A stretch of DNA of 64,000 nt, taken from the NCBI GenBank assembly GCA_040954595.2, contig CM082594.2:1630247-1694246 (forward strand), read 5' to 3'. Below are positions 1 through 12,562 of the stretch, in pieces. A program made the position numbers and the translations under genes. This DNA is from Balanoglossus misakiensis (Eukaryota > Animalia > Hemichordata). The notes under the pieces were generated by a model. The model was not told the origin of the DNA and ran no database searches. It saw nothing but the letters and a program-made list of their open reading frames with translations. Each line of letters starts with the position of its first letter. Position 1 is the first letter of the stretch.

Positions 1-325
1 GTGTGAAAGATTTGCCATCCAACGTGCATGTAAGGCTGTGCATGAATGTACATTGTACTGCACTGTAAACTTGGACATTGCATTACCGCAAGGATTTAAT
101 TTCATTCCACCAACAAATCAGGGCCATGGGCAGATATTCACCCATTTAGGCCGAAACCATCACTTTTAGCTTTCAACAGTTAACATGACTTTAGTTGGGG
201 TCTTAATCGGCACTGGGGCTGAAATCAGCTGCTTTACCTGCCGATCTTATCCCTTAGAAGCCATGGTTTGTTTGTCAAGGCATGCGCGGGGACGTATTCG
301 GCATGGGGCCGAATTCGGCACAACA
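1..325. mobile_element. Partial tandem copy of a ~412-bp TGT..ACA MITE (left part outside the window)
   Basis: 1-325 repeats at 438-762 (period 437 bp) and ends in the same TIR ...GGGGCCGAATTCGGCACAACA. Confidence 0.75.
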
Positions 326-350
326 ATTGTTGTGCCGAATTCGGCCCCGT

Positions 351-762
351 TGTTGTGCCGAATTCGGCCCCGTGCCGATTACGTCCCGCGCATGCTCGGG
401 TCATCAGTAACATGTGTCTGAAATATTGCATTTTCTTGTGTGAAAGATTTGCCATCCAACGTGCATGTAAGGCTGTGCATGAATGTACATTGTACTGCAC
501 TGTAAACTTGGACATTGCATTACCGCAAGGATTTAATTTCATTCCACCAACAAATCAGGGCCATGGGCAGATATTCACCCATTTAGGCCGAAACCATCAC
601 TTTTAGCTTTCAACAGTTAACATGACTTTAGTTGGGGTCTTAATCGGCACTGGGGCTGAAATCAGCTGCTTTACCTGCCGATCTTATCCCTTAGAAGCCA
701 TGGTTTGTTTGTCAAGGCATGCGCGGGGACGTATTCGGCATGGGGCCGAATTCGGCACAACA
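351..762. mobile_element. Non-autonomous TIR element (MITE) with TGT..ACA termini, possibly Ginger-like
   Basis: ~45-bp imperfect TIRs TGTTGTGCCGAATTCGGCCCCGTGCCGATTACGTCCCGCGCATGC / GCATGCGCGGGGACGTATTCGGCATGGGGCCGAATTCGGCACAACA. It interrupts the GPCR frame just after TM3. Superfamily inferred from the termini only. Confidence 0.75.
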
Positions 763-895
763 CCATGACGCTCATCCAACAGAATGCCGCCAGCCAAATG
801 TAGTGCGATACAATAGCAGCTGTTTTGCACAGCCAAGCAAACGTTGTCCAGTCCAAGACCGTGATAAACAAAAGCTGCGCGATCAAAAGAGCTAC
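763..895 (-). pseudogene. GPCR exon 2 distal fragment (TM2-TM3)
   Basis: Translates VALLIAQLLFITVLDWTTFAWLCKTAAIVSHYIWLAAFCWMSVM, a typical secretin-family TM3 (C...HY.WLA.F.WM). It is in frame with ...NLAV once the element and one TAC TSD are removed. Confidence 0.85.
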
Positions 896-3434
896 TAGTG
901 GAGCGGCCAAACCCTAGTTTTCATAGCGATTGTGCATTTTGTGATAAAAGCACCAAACTTGGCTCAGATGTGTGTTAATGTGTACTAAACAAATTCAGAT
1001 AGCGAGCCACTAAATATCTGTTGATGAGTTTCCATGGCAACCAATTTTTCAAAATGGCCACCAATACAGATAATTTCACCCACCAAATAACATCTGTAAA
1101 CACCAAAATAAATTTACATTACTATATTTGATACAAGGAACTGTGGAAAGAATGATTTGCAAAGATATTATGGTTACTAAACTACTTAAAGGGGTAAGTA
1201 AGTTATCAAAACACAATTTAAAGGCACACCTTTTAATCCCTTTGTTCTCGGATTAATAGGTGCTCCTCTAGAAGTCAAACCATATACTGACTATGGTCAA
1301 ACATTAGGCTAATTGCGATATTTAACTTGCAGTACGTAAATTACACATATGAATCACAACAGTTTACCACCTTAGCTAATGATAATCATATAAACAGATC
1401 ACCGATATATTTGAATTGCACACGGATGTGGGCTTGGCTTACTCGTGACTGGTAAAATTTCCTTATCAACTTGATAGGAGAGTCCACTGCCCGAAATAGA
1501 CGTTAATCCAAACTGAGTCCGCGGTCGTCGCGTTTATTGGTCGACAGACATACACATAGGGCCTCAAACGCAATGCAATCTAAATTGACCCCGGGTAACG
1601 AACCATGAGAAAATGTCGGCTTTGTTTCGACCACAATCGCGACCGCAGCGTTGACAAAAAAATTTCGGGGCGTTGATGTTTGTCAAAATGCCATAGGAAA
1701 TTAAAGAAACTTATGTCGAATTGCTGAAACGTTAATAATCGACCATATGTCTTGATACTTTAGATCATGTAGCAGTTCGACTCCAGCAAGTTTGGTGACT
1801 GTTAACAGAGTTGACCAAAAGATAAATGGTGTCTATGATTCCAAACTCATAAGAATTACACCGGAGGACACAACATTATTTTATTTGTCGAGAATAGTGT
1901 TCATCATGCCATAAATATTGTCAAAAATGTGTACAAGCAGTTGGCCTTTAGATTGGTAAATGGAAAAACAGGTCTTATTGCAATTTACTGGGATTAGGTG
2001 GCCCAATGCTCCCAACAAGTCACTTGGAATGTACTACCATTCTAATATCTCAATGTGTAAAGATCTGACTTTGCAAGAGATATTACGGAAAACTTGATTT
2101 TCATTTAATAGCATGAAGTAAGCGAAATCTTACTCTTTACAGAAAAGCTGTGATCCTGAAGATTTTTGGTGTTTTGAAGCCTATTTTTACTTTATCATTT
2201 TATTCTTAGATTTTGGGGGTTCAAAAATACACAAAATAACATGTCAAAATAGAACTACTGACTATCATCAAGGTGTGATTAAAATTATCGATAACATGAG
2301 CAATACAAAGCACTTCAAGCGACTTCATCAAAACGCTTTCCGAAGGACAAGTATTGGATGAAAAGTTTGAAACAGATTTTGATTTTGATTCCTAACATCT
2401 CTATATGTACATGCAACCTAGACATAGTTAGTTTCTATAGTAACTTTAACAAACCAATCAACTGTCATGATACTGGCTTTCTGCCACCATTTTATGGGGA
2501 AGTGATTCTTTATTTGCATGAATCATTTGATGAAGTTAAATAGAAAAGCTAGATTCTGCACTGATTCAAACTGGTCAGATTAATTTATAAGGTTGAGAAA
2601 CAACATGCCGTTTTTTCCCTGGGTTGACTAAATTTGGAATTTTGTTCATCAAAGATATTTTTATGGGGAAAATAACGAATCAACTGAGCTTTACTTGTTA
2701 AACTTTTATCACAAAATGCCCAAATGTTATGAAAATGTTGTTTATGCCAGGCCACTATTATAAAATATCTATGGTTATACAGTGACTGAATCTCGATCCT
2801 GTATTTACCCCTATAACTAGTTTAGTGATGATAAATATTTTGAAAATTACTCTTTGAGCAGTTTTTTGTTTAAAATATTGTAATGTGAATTTATTTTGGT
2901 GTTTTATAATTGTTAATTTGTGGGTCAGATTATCTGTATTGGCGGCCATTTGGAAAAAATAAAAAAAATGGTTGCCATGGAAACTCATCAACAGATATTG
3001 TGGCTCGCTATCTGAATTTGTTTAGTACACATTAACGCACATCTGAGCCAAGTTTGGTGCTTTTATCGCAAAATCCACAATCGATCTGTTATGCCGCTCC
3101 ACTGTAGACATTAAACCGTGTTTTATCCTTTATTCTGTATTTATAACTATTTCGGTGACCACAATACTTTGCAAATCACCCTTTCTATAGTTTCTGGTTT
3201 CAAATATCATAATCTGAAATTACCTTGGTGTTCTTTAGTCGTTATTTTGTTTGAAAGATTAATGTAGTGGCGGCCATTTTGAAAAATGGTTGCCATGGCT
3301 ACCCGTTAACAGATATTAAGTGGCTCGCTATCTAAATTTGCTTAGTACACAGTAACACACATCTGAGCCAAGTTTGGTGCTTTTATCACAAAATGCACAA
3401 TCGATATGAAAATTGGGGTTTGGCCGCTCCACTA
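896..3434. mobile_element. Non-autonomous DNA transposon, Academ-like (TAG..CTA termini, 3-bp TSD)
   Basis: 19-bp terminal TIR TAGTGGAGCGGCCAAACCC, extended by ~300-bp imperfect inverted arms; TAC duplicated at 893-895 and 3435-3437; no long internal ORF. Confidence 0.85.
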
Positions 3435-5044
3435 TACGGCCAAATTTAGTATAATCTTTCCTGGACGAGTTCTCATCTGTTTGAAAACAGAGATCGTGAT
3501 GGCAGTGATCGAAAGACAGACTATGGACAGAATACAACCAACAAGAGTTAACAGCTGTTTCAGTTTTGTTTTTGACTTCTGGTTCCAAAACGTAGTCATT
3601 CTTTTCTTGGACTGACACACGAAGGCTTGGGAACGGTCTTTCGATAGAACAAACTTTCCCTATGGATAAACCGATGATTCAACTGAAAGAACGTCGTCGC
3701 TTACACGGAAGGTGCCTTCAGAAAATCTCAAAATCACTCCTGTACAACTCGTTATAAAATCATCAACGTTTCTGTTCGGAGATTTGCACATTGTGACCAT
3801 TAGTTGTATATCTGGTGAGGCTGGACTTTTATGCGTGTAATGACTTGTTTTAGACACAAATAATTGGGAGCTGTAATTCCATGTTACGTTTGCCATTAGG
3901 TTTTCATTTACAGTCACGTTGGTGTACTCAAATTTGTGACTCTCAAATGTGACTTGTTCGATTCTGTTACCACAGACGGGGTTCAACATTTCAAAAGTGA
4001 CCGACCTGACGACAAAGCCCGCCATCAGCAATTCTGAGCCGACTTGAGACCAGGTTGCCGCACAGGCTGCTGGGAGAAAATCACCGGTGAAATTGGACTC
4101 CACGCGAACAAGAACGGACAAAGTGACAAGTAAATCACCAAAATCCTCCGCTCTGTCACAATGGTAATGCGAGTTGGAAATGTTATGTGTGTAAATAACG
4201 GACAGATTTCGTATCAGTGACGTCACGGTTTCTTCGAGGTTGATGAAATCGCACCCGTCCACTTCCACCGATGGCAAAGAAACGCGGAAAGTTAACAAAA
4301 TGGCGGGATGTCTCCCGTGAGCTGACGCTACAAAGAAGTCATTCAGCTCCGGCCGTTCTGATAAAGGATTCATTTTCAATTTCGTTATGTCAAAATTGTC
4401 GTAATCAAAGACGTGTCTCAAAATAAATTTTCCTTGTAACATATCCAAGATTCGGCCATGTTCGCAGCTCCATTGCTCTTGAATTCTAATGATATCCATA
4501 GTATGCAGTCGATGTTCTCCCTGTGCGTTGAAGTCAAACAATATATCAAAGGCGGGAAATCGGGGATAGACTATCAACTCAAGCGGCGGTAAACCGCATG
4601 TTACATAAGAAGGATTGATTGCAACGTCATTGCATATTGCACAATGAATGTTCTTGTAATACATAAATCCCCTAGCTCTCCCGCTTAATACTACGAATAC
4701 CCCAACTACTGCTGAATAACGGTGACACAGCTCAACAATCGTGTCGTTGGGGAAATCAGCAGGGCAGGTGTCAATGGGCCTGAAACATTCAGTTACACCA
4801 TGCCGGAGATCGCCCTCGATAAACTGCCTCATTGAACAAAGTTCTGATGACATCAAGAAGGAGACGATAGAGGAAATATTAGTCGACAAAATTTCCATTG
4901 GCATATCTCTCGGGCATTCCCACTCTAACGACGAAAAGTGCAGGCTCGATTCATTCACACCATTACAAATAGCGCAGTTGATATTTTGGTACACCATTTC
5001 ACCGACAGAGTCAATCACTGGAGTAATATCAAAAACGGACGCAT
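3435..5044 (-). pseudogene. GPCR exon 2 proximal part (Cys-rich ectodomain, TM1, start of TM2) with premature stop
   Basis: The 452-aa ORF has two Y.N..CA.CN repeats. After TAG at 3660-3662 the same frame continues GKFVLSK...LTLVGCILSIVCLSITAITISVFKQMRTRPGKIILNLAV. Confidence 0.85.
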
Positions 5045-5104
5045 CTGTAATGAAAACGTACAGAAGCTTATTTGGGCCAATTTCTAAAAAATAAAATAAA
5101 AATA

Positions 5105-5167
5105 AAAATCTCGTAATTACGAGTTTTTAATCACGTAATTATGAGAATCTCGTAATTACGAGATTTT
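5105..5167. repeat. Cluster of three short palindromes (CTCGTAATTACGAG-type)
   Basis: Palindromes at 5110-5123 and 5146-5165, with a degenerate copy between them; intronic. Confidence 0.6.
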
Positions 5168-6743
5168 GTGGGGAATGATTTCTCAAGATACGGCCGCAGG
5201 TTTATTGCGTTAAACACACGCGCGTCACTTGAATAACAGCGCGTCACCCGTTTTTTTTCCTGTTTTGTGGTGGCGACCACGACAAACTCGAACTGCTTCA
5301 GCTAGATATAAATCACTGGACACCGTCGTTGGAGCGCGTGATCAGTGACTGCATGAACAGTATACATGTGACAATATTGATAAAACTATAAAACTGACCC
5401 TCCTTCCACCCTTGACGGGGAAAAATTAAAATAAAAATTCGCGTCGCAGCACAATTTTTTAAAGAAAGGCCGGCCCAGAAACAATTCTGTATTTTGGTCG
5501 TACGTCGTTGGCAAGGCCCCTGAGTCGAACCCCCCCCCCCCGCAAAAAAAAAAAAAAAAAAAAAAACTAGTGTTACAAAACCCTTGTGTTTCAATTTTGC
5601 AACAACCTATAGTTCCTCGGCTTATTTCTCCCCACAGTATGGGCGATGTATTGCCGAAGTCGGGGGCGCCAGGCAAAATTTATCCGGACAATCTTTGAAG
5701 CTCTCCCGTTCTTATTCAAATAATTTTATTGGGGAGATTCAGGAAGTTCCATCACAGATTCAAATATAGACAATTAATTTTGTTCAATAACATGGCTAAT
5801 CATGGCAGAAATTGAAACACACAGAAAAAAGAAATGCATAAATTTGGTATTAGTGCATTGTTGTTATTACGCCCGCCCGCCGTCCTTCGGACGTTCACCT
5901 CCTTCGGACGCTTCTGCGGGGAATCAGCCACGTCCGAAGGTTGACGGCGTAACTTATCTCCATCTCCTTCTCCACCCAACATATTCATAAAGTCCGAGAG
6001 AGGTACCCGGCAGATCGTAAACCTTTCGTAGACAGAGACTTGCAACAAGTTTTCCGAGTAACACAAAGTTCTGGTTTATTACTGGTCACACGTAAGAATT
6101 ACACGACTCGATCCATGCTCGTTGACTCCCATCACGGATCTCCCGTTATAAACGTGTGATCCCAAATTTCACCACACCTTATTAATACGTTAGTCAAGTA
6201 TTAAGTCATAAAAGGAACACGTCATCTTAATATTTCTTAAACATGAACTTAGCGCGTGATATCTCTATCTCCTTCTGACATGTATCAATTACACAATCTT
6301 GTTTACTCTGGGTCAAGTACCTATGTCAATACTGGACTAAAACCATACAAGTGAATGACTTCTTACTTAATCATAAACAAGATCTATGATCGTTAAAACT
6401 CAATCGTGACAGCATATGTGTAACTTTAAAAATCCAATGTCATCATAAACGGGCTTCATCTGTACATTTTTCCTGTTCCTGTTTGCAATGACAAACGCAA
6501 CAGGTACCTTCGAATTTTGACTTATGCATGGTGTCAGTATTTCAGCGCGGTGAGGGCAACCTCACGATTTGCATCCTACACGAGGGATGGTAGTCTAGCA
6601 TCCAGCCGTATTTCTCCACTTTGCTGAGCGGGCAAAACACGGCTAGAAACTAGACTAGAGGGATGGCGATCGTCTGGCTGCTTTCCGAAGTAGACCGAAA
6701 AGGTCAAACTGACAAAGAGTGACACAAGTAAGATTGGTCTTAC

Positions 6744-7563
6744 CACTGGCGGTTTCACACCGCTGACGGACATTCTCGTGTGGCCAGTCTCTGGGACATG
6801 TGTGCGTCGCCATGACGTCATGCCTCCCACCAGTAGCGGGCATACAATATTCTGGCAGCCATATTTCATCCGGGTCAGGCACCTGTCTGCTGTCACCAAA
6901 GCATCTGTCTATGTAATCGTGACAGTCTTCCCGCACTAAGCATTCAGGCTCACAGCTACACATTGTATTTTCATAGTCTCTCAGCTTCACGGTGGCGATG
7001 CCGTTGCAAACAAGGCCGCTCGGCGTGAGGCACGAGTCCATACGAAATCCCGTGCTTGGATAACGGCACTGCAATGACTGTGCATCTATGTTGTAATACA
7101 CAGGAGGTGGAGTTGGCGCGGCTGTGCGGCGTGACGTCACTGGCGGGCGGGAACCTGTTACTGTTGACGGTGAGAAGGGACCCGACGTTGTCGTTACGGT
7201 GTTCGTTTCTTGAGACTTTGGTTGAGCGGTTGTTGCCAAAGGTCTCACGTTGTCGAAAGAGGAGTCTTCAATCGTTGTCGACTGTAATGTTGGATGGATC
7301 GTCGCTAGATTTGAGGTTAGGCTGGGCCGGGATGTAGTGCTTCGTGGAGATATTGGCACGGTCTTCGTCTTGCTGGGGGTCTGTGGAGAGAGTTTTGTCA
7401 AAGGCGCGCTGCTCGTAAAATCCTGCCGTTTCCTGCTGGTCGTCATTACAGTGGATCTTGAGGACGTCGTTTCATAGCCCGTACCAGTTGCACGCGTCCA
7501 TACCATCAACTGATCTCCGTTGATGATTAAAACCAAGCAGCAATAACACCAAACTGCCTTCAT
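6744..7563 (-). pseudogene. GPCR exon 1: signal peptide, Ser/Thr/Pro-rich mucin stalk, somatomedin-B-like domain
   Basis: MKAVWCYCCLVLIING; T/S/P-rich tract; CSCEPECLVREDCHDYIDRC (one Cys of the usual DCC missing); donor G|GTAAGA at 6744/6743. Confidence 0.8.
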
Positions 7564-9065
7564 AATGAATACGTCATTAAATCTGGAATAACACCCAGAA
7601 AGATTGATTTAAAAAAAAATAAGACAAAATTGATTTGATGATTTCTGAAGTAAAATTTGTCAGCCACATCACACCCCCGTCCAAAATCACACCACACCCG
7701 TAACGAATAAACAACCCGGTGTCCGTAATCGGCCACGCTATACATTAGAAGAGGCGTAAAATATATCAACGGAAGTAGCCAAAACTATGTGCAAACATAA
7801 ACATATCATAACACCAACTTAAACATTTTACTATTATGTTTGACTCTGTTCAGTTTCAGTTCTTACAGTTACAGTCACATTTGGTATTTTGTAACACAAC
7901 TTCAGCGGTAAATAACGAGACGCCGTGCACATCGCCGGGCGCGACAATTCCATGCTGAGAAACGTCGTCGAATTTTCCAGCTTTGATTTGACACGTACGT
8001 AAATGCATTTTAGTGTGCATACATTTGCGTGCCAAGCAAAGTCCGCATGCAGTGTTGAACATATACTTACCACAATTGAGAACAAGTCTCTCGGACAGTC
8101 AGTTGCCTGATATACCTGAGTTAGTGGCTTGTTGATTGCTCCCACAAAATCTTCCCTCAAAATATTCGTAAGCTTTGGTGACAGATTCGATGTATATATA
8201 TGTTGGTATATGATTAAAATGATTGGTCTCCAAGATTGTGTTTTACGTATGCGCTTCCTAAGATATCGAACCAATAGAAATCACTGTCACCAACCATCGG
8301 CTAGCCAATAGAAATCGTTGTCACCAACTTTATAGTTACATCAATTCGTACAGCGCATGCGTAAAACTTTTGTTGACGGAAAATCAACAGGTAAAATGTC
8401 ACTTCTGCCGGTTATTCATTTTGGCGATTTTTTCATTCTCGATTCTACAAGTCGGTTGGAAGTTGTGTGTTGTTGAACATTAATTCACTTTACATGTATA
8501 TCCACATGTGCGTTAGCATAAACGGTGACTTGTATAATATAATTATATAATTAATGAAAAAAGGGCAGCGAGAGAGAGACTTTGTCCCTTTAATCCTACA
8601 TGCATTACAGGGATACCTCCAACTCTATAGTCGACACCATTTTCAATGTGTTGTCTCAATGTTTTGTCTCAGCATTCTCAAAACTTAATGTTATAGATAT
8701 ATGAAAGTTTACATTTATTGAATGTTTATGGTCAGTAATACAATCACAATAATCATCAAATGAAGCAACATGCCATCTTCATGAAATCACCAGTGTGTGC
8801 ATGTGTACATCGGTAGCGTTTGGATAACTTGTCCTGGAACATGGAGTAGTGGCGAGTTTGCATACGAAGATCATCTAGAACTGCATGTTAATGCCAATAA
8901 GCTAGGTGCCCTGTTTCTACAGAAACCAGACTCGCCGGTTTCGACGCAGTAAAGTTAAGTCAGTGAGTGTGCACGTGTACAACAAATTAGAGCCGGGATG
9001 TATTTGGAGGTTAATACAGACGAGTGATGAAGAGCAAAAGTGATTTTCTCCGCTGACGTGTTTAA

Positions 9066-9355
9066 GGGCCTGGTCAGAACTAACAGGGGGGGGGGGCAAG
9101 TCCCCTGACCTGGGACGTTAGATAAACCAGTAAATGATTGAAAGGTGTTGATGAATGAAGGGGGTGGGTGGAAAAAAAATGAATTATGAAGGGTTCTCAA
9201 AACATTTTCGGTGTCATCCTTGCACAAAAATTAGTGATCCTCCCCCTGACTCATGCCCAAAATGCAGCGGCCCTCCCCCAAACTGTTGCATGAAAAATGG
9301 TGACCCTCCCCCCAATCGCACCAGCCCCCCCCCCCTGTTAATTCTGACCAGGTCC
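9066..9355. mobile_element. PIF/Harbinger-type MITE
   Basis: TIR GGGCCTGGTCAGAACTAACAGGGG / CCCCTGTTAATTCTGACCAGGTCC, flanked by TAA TSD (9063-9065, 9356-9358). Confidence 0.8.
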
Positions 9356-10979
9356 TAATAATCACGTGAAGTAAAATTTACCGAGAGCGCGCATTGAAAC
9401 GGCTTAGGGCTGAGAGATAAAAAATAATTTGTTTCGAAGGTGCACACGATTCAGACCCGAGGGTACTGGTCCATCTCTGGAAGAGATGTAATCACCATTT
9501 GTGAGAGTAATCAACCAAATGGGACAGTTCTTCTCCCAGCCTTGAATTTCCGAAAATCTCAACGGCTTTCTTCATTTTAAATGGAGGGTGTGGCCGGTTT
9601 CAAAGCGCGACTGCTTTGAACTGGCTGCTGGTGGATCATCGTGGTGTTCCTGGAGGGAATTCTCGAGACTTGAATATACCTTCGAGTTTCCTGTATACGC
9701 AGATATTCATGCAAATTAGGGTTCATTTTCCTGTGGGGGAAAATGCACCGGCTGTCTAAGTAGCGTCATTTAAGCGATTACGGTGGCGAGAGGAGACTTT
9801 AATAGACATGGTGAGGCATCGATATTGTGACGTTTCATCGTGACGGCGTATACACCGCCCCGGGTGAACTGTCAGTTAATACAACTATCACAGTGTTGGC
9901 ATATGAAACCTGTGCGGGTTAAAAATACGAAAAGTTCAACATTTAGTATGTATAGAAACTGTACTGCTACTAAAGTCAACCATAGTTTTAAATGGAACAT
10001 TTCTTTTTTTCGTTGAAAAGAACAACGGAAGTCTGTTTCCGCCACACACGAAAATCACCCATTAATTTCAAGTATTTTTGGCTTTGCCATCTTTGCACTA
10101 TCGCCTTGCAATGATTTTATCTACATCAGCGATGTAGTTTTTCTACCTGAAAATCGAAGAAAACTACATATTTCGGGGGCATCTGTTGGTACAAAAAGTT
10201 TGTTCATAATTTTCATGCATTAGGCCAGAGAGAATAAAAATCTTGTTCATCGGATTTTTGGACCAAGTTCCAGGAGCGGCGAGCGAATATTTTTTTAGGC
10301 TGAAGGTAAATGCGGTTCTCTGGCATATTTGCATAGATGCAGACAGGGCGAGATAATTGTTTCCCTTTTTACCGGAAATATCTCAGACAAAAACACTGAT
10401 ACATGTACTTGTAACTGAATTCAATACTATATTTCCCAACAATAACATAGGCCATTACATTTACAGTTGGTGTTAATTTGCACAACATATTCTGGCCACC
10501 AGCGCCAGTACTAAGAATTTGGAACGCGGAAGTATAATATTTGCCTAGATCCAATTTTTTTTTTCCAAATCAGCCAAAGTAGAAGCGGCGATTCCAATGA
10601 ACAATTTATTTTTTCTTCCTGTCCTTACCTGTGTTTTTCTTTTTTTTTATCTTCCTATTAACCTTTGCGTGCTTAAATAAAGACACGCGATTTCAGTATT
10701 TTCGATATTGGAAGGGTATACCCACCAAGATAGCCCAACGACTCCGATATATAGAGTCGGAAAAGATCACATCACAGCAGAAAAGCAGAGGAAGGTCGCC
10801 CGTGGTGGTCATTCATACATACATTTTGTGTAGTAATTACTTATCTCAAGGTAACTCCCGTACTCCCCTTAGGACATAAGCTCTTCTTGTCGAACACGTG
10901 ATCCTGAAGTCATTGACCAATAGCACAGTGACTAAGCACGTGATTCTGAAGTCATTGACCAACAATATCACAATGACTA

Positions 10980-11058
10980 CTCTCTCTCTCTCTCTCTCCC
11001 CCCCTCTCTCTCTCTCCCTCCCTCCCTCCCTCCCTCCCTCACCCCACTCTCTCTCTCT
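10980..11058. repeat. Polypyrimidine (CT)n/(CCCT)n microsatellite
   Basis: Read directly from the sequence. Confidence 0.9.
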
Positions 11059-11172
11059 GATGCAGGCGAGAGGGTCATTTAAGACATGTACAAAAGACTA
11101 TTAATGTCATGAAATCCGCGCTTCTATTACCGTCAACTGAATCCCACCACAAGACAAGTACTTGATTGAAAC

Positions 11173-11356
11173 ATGTATGTATGTATGTATGTATGTATGT
11201 ATGTATGTAGGTATGTATGTATGTATGTATGTATGTATGTATGTATGTATGTATGTATGTATGTATGTATGTATGTATGTATGTATGTATGTATGTATGT
11301 ATGTATGTATGTATGTATGTATGTATGTATGTATGTATGTATGTATGTATGTATGT
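11173..11356. repeat. (ATGT)46 microsatellite with one AGGT interruption
   Basis: Read directly; it explains the YVCM/YIHT pseudo-ORFs. Confidence 0.97.
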
Positions 11357-12172
11357 CTTGAAATTGAAGAAAGTACTCAGATTTTAGCATGGTTCTCACT
11401 CACATGAATGCTGTCATCTGTGTTGACAGGTAGACCACAATATTGCGTGGTGGCTTGCTGGGAATAAACGTTGTCTCCTCTGAACAGTTGCCACAGATAA
11501 ACAGGCCCACAGCAGATGAGTTGATTTCAGGAGGTGGCACTCCCCTTTTGAATGCTGGCATCTGTGTTGACAACGCAGATCCACTTCTCTGGCATATGTG
11601 TCAGCATCATGTTGCAGACAAGTTGTGTACTGTTTTTCTGGGTGAAGAAATGAAATTGACATCATTGGTAAATCTAAAACGGACTGGTTACTCCACTGAA
11701 ATTCAGCCTAAGTCTGTGTGATACGCAACTCAGACCAACTCAGCTCAGCTCACATGGCGCGTTGAATTAATCATTCGTTTGCCAGACGGCCTTATTTGAC
11801 CCCCCTGTTTACATGGCCTGTGAGGGCGTACTTTACGCGTTAATTTCTGGCAAGGCCTTCCAACCCTCAGTGGTGATCTCTTCACAGCTGTATTATGCCA
11901 GCTGTTTTAAAAGAACAGTGTCTTCTAAAATAAATCTAGATTGTTCCTTATGAATAAAATCTCAACGAGACAAAACTCATTCAAAAGGGTTGTCTATAGG
12001 CTACTTTCAAATTGGACATTTCGTTAATACAGTCAGAAACAGTGTTAATTTTAAAATGTTTGGGCCGGCTGCATTGTCAATAACACCGAGATTACCCATG
12101 CGCCGCAAATTATTGATGAAAGCGTTTCAACTGCAGGGTCACACAATACATATCAAATGAGAAGATGATTAC

Positions 12173-12562
12173 TCACCTTAGGCACCTGGGTTCGTGTTGA
12201 CACTCCCCTTTTGGGGAGCGAAAGCACGTCTTTCGTGAAATGTTTTGGGGTCGCATTTCCTGGACAATTTGCTCTGGGCGGATGCATAGCTTTTCGTTGC
12301 AAAGATGAGAACACTCCAACTGTCTGCCCACCAATTGCACCCCGTTAATTAGGAGTGCAATGTGCTGGACATAGGCGGTTAGAGTGTTCTCATCTTTGAA
12401 CGTAATTGAGCCATAGCCGTTACGACAAGCTGCACCCGTCCAGAGCACACAGTCGCCGGAAACGCGACTCCTTCTGGCGAGGATGCCGCTCAAACGCTCC
12501 TTGGCGTTAGCTGAGATGCCGTTGAGCTTGGCCGAAGTATAGAGCAAGTTGACTTCTGCCAA
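12173..12562 (-). CDS. His-Cys box / His-Me finger endonuclease-like protein (I-PpoI family; zinc-binding loop of homing endonuclease), possibly degenerate
   Basis: Motifs CVLWTG...NGYG and SHLCNEKLCIRPEQIVQEMRPQNISRKTC...CQHEPRCLR match the I-PpoI pattern SHLC....C..P.H....E...N..R..C......C.H...C. The start is TTG (mutated ATG or acceptor GGCAG|), and one Zn-ligand His is Gln. Confidence 0.8.
   Translation of the reverse strand: MAEVNLLYTSAKLNGISANAKERLSGILARRSRVSGDCVLWTGAACRNGYGSITFKDENTLTAYVQHIALLINGVQLVGRQLECSHLCNEKLCIRPEQIVQEMRPQNISRKTCFRSPKGECQHEPRCLR

Larger units (their letters stand above)
763..7563 (-). pseudogene. Family-B (adhesion/Methuselah-like) GPCR pseudogene with mucin stalk, SMB-like and Cys-rich ectodomain
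   Basis: Exon 1 (7563-6744) joins exon 2 (from 5044) in phase 1 (G|GTAAGA ... TTTCATTACAG|AT). There is an in-frame TAG at 3660-3662, a TE insertion at 896-3434 inside TM2, and a MITE after TM3. Confidence 0.85.

Noticed and set aside
185-606. Short overlapping ORFs
   Set aside because: They lie within non-coding MITE copies and have no recognisable motifs.
1-762. Palindromic repeats as a CRISPR array, or GAATTCGGCAC as EcoRI cloning-adaptor contamination
   Set aside because: Eukaryotic context, no unique spacers and no cas genes; the motif is an integral part of ~45-bp TIRs and lacks the adaptor's GAG end.
1217-1952. TTAAAGGCAC...GGCCTTTAG as a nested Kolobok element
   Set aside because: The ends match for only about 4 bp and the right TTAA is missing.
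5800-6066. Intronic 88-aa ORF as an extra GPCR exon
   Set aside because: Exons 1 and 2 already join in phase with a coherent motif; the ORF has no recognisable homology.
9709-10333. Octamer motifs (ATGCAAAT/ATTTGCAT) as snRNA distal elements
   Set aside because: No snRNA sequence is recognisable nearby; isolated 8-mers are expected by chance.
11133-11407. YVCM/YIHT repeat proteins
   Set aside because: These are translations of the (ATGT)n microsatellite.
11414-11721. ORFs next to the nuclease as a transposase remnant
   Set aside because: No DDE, THAP or other recognisable motif in the frames I translated.
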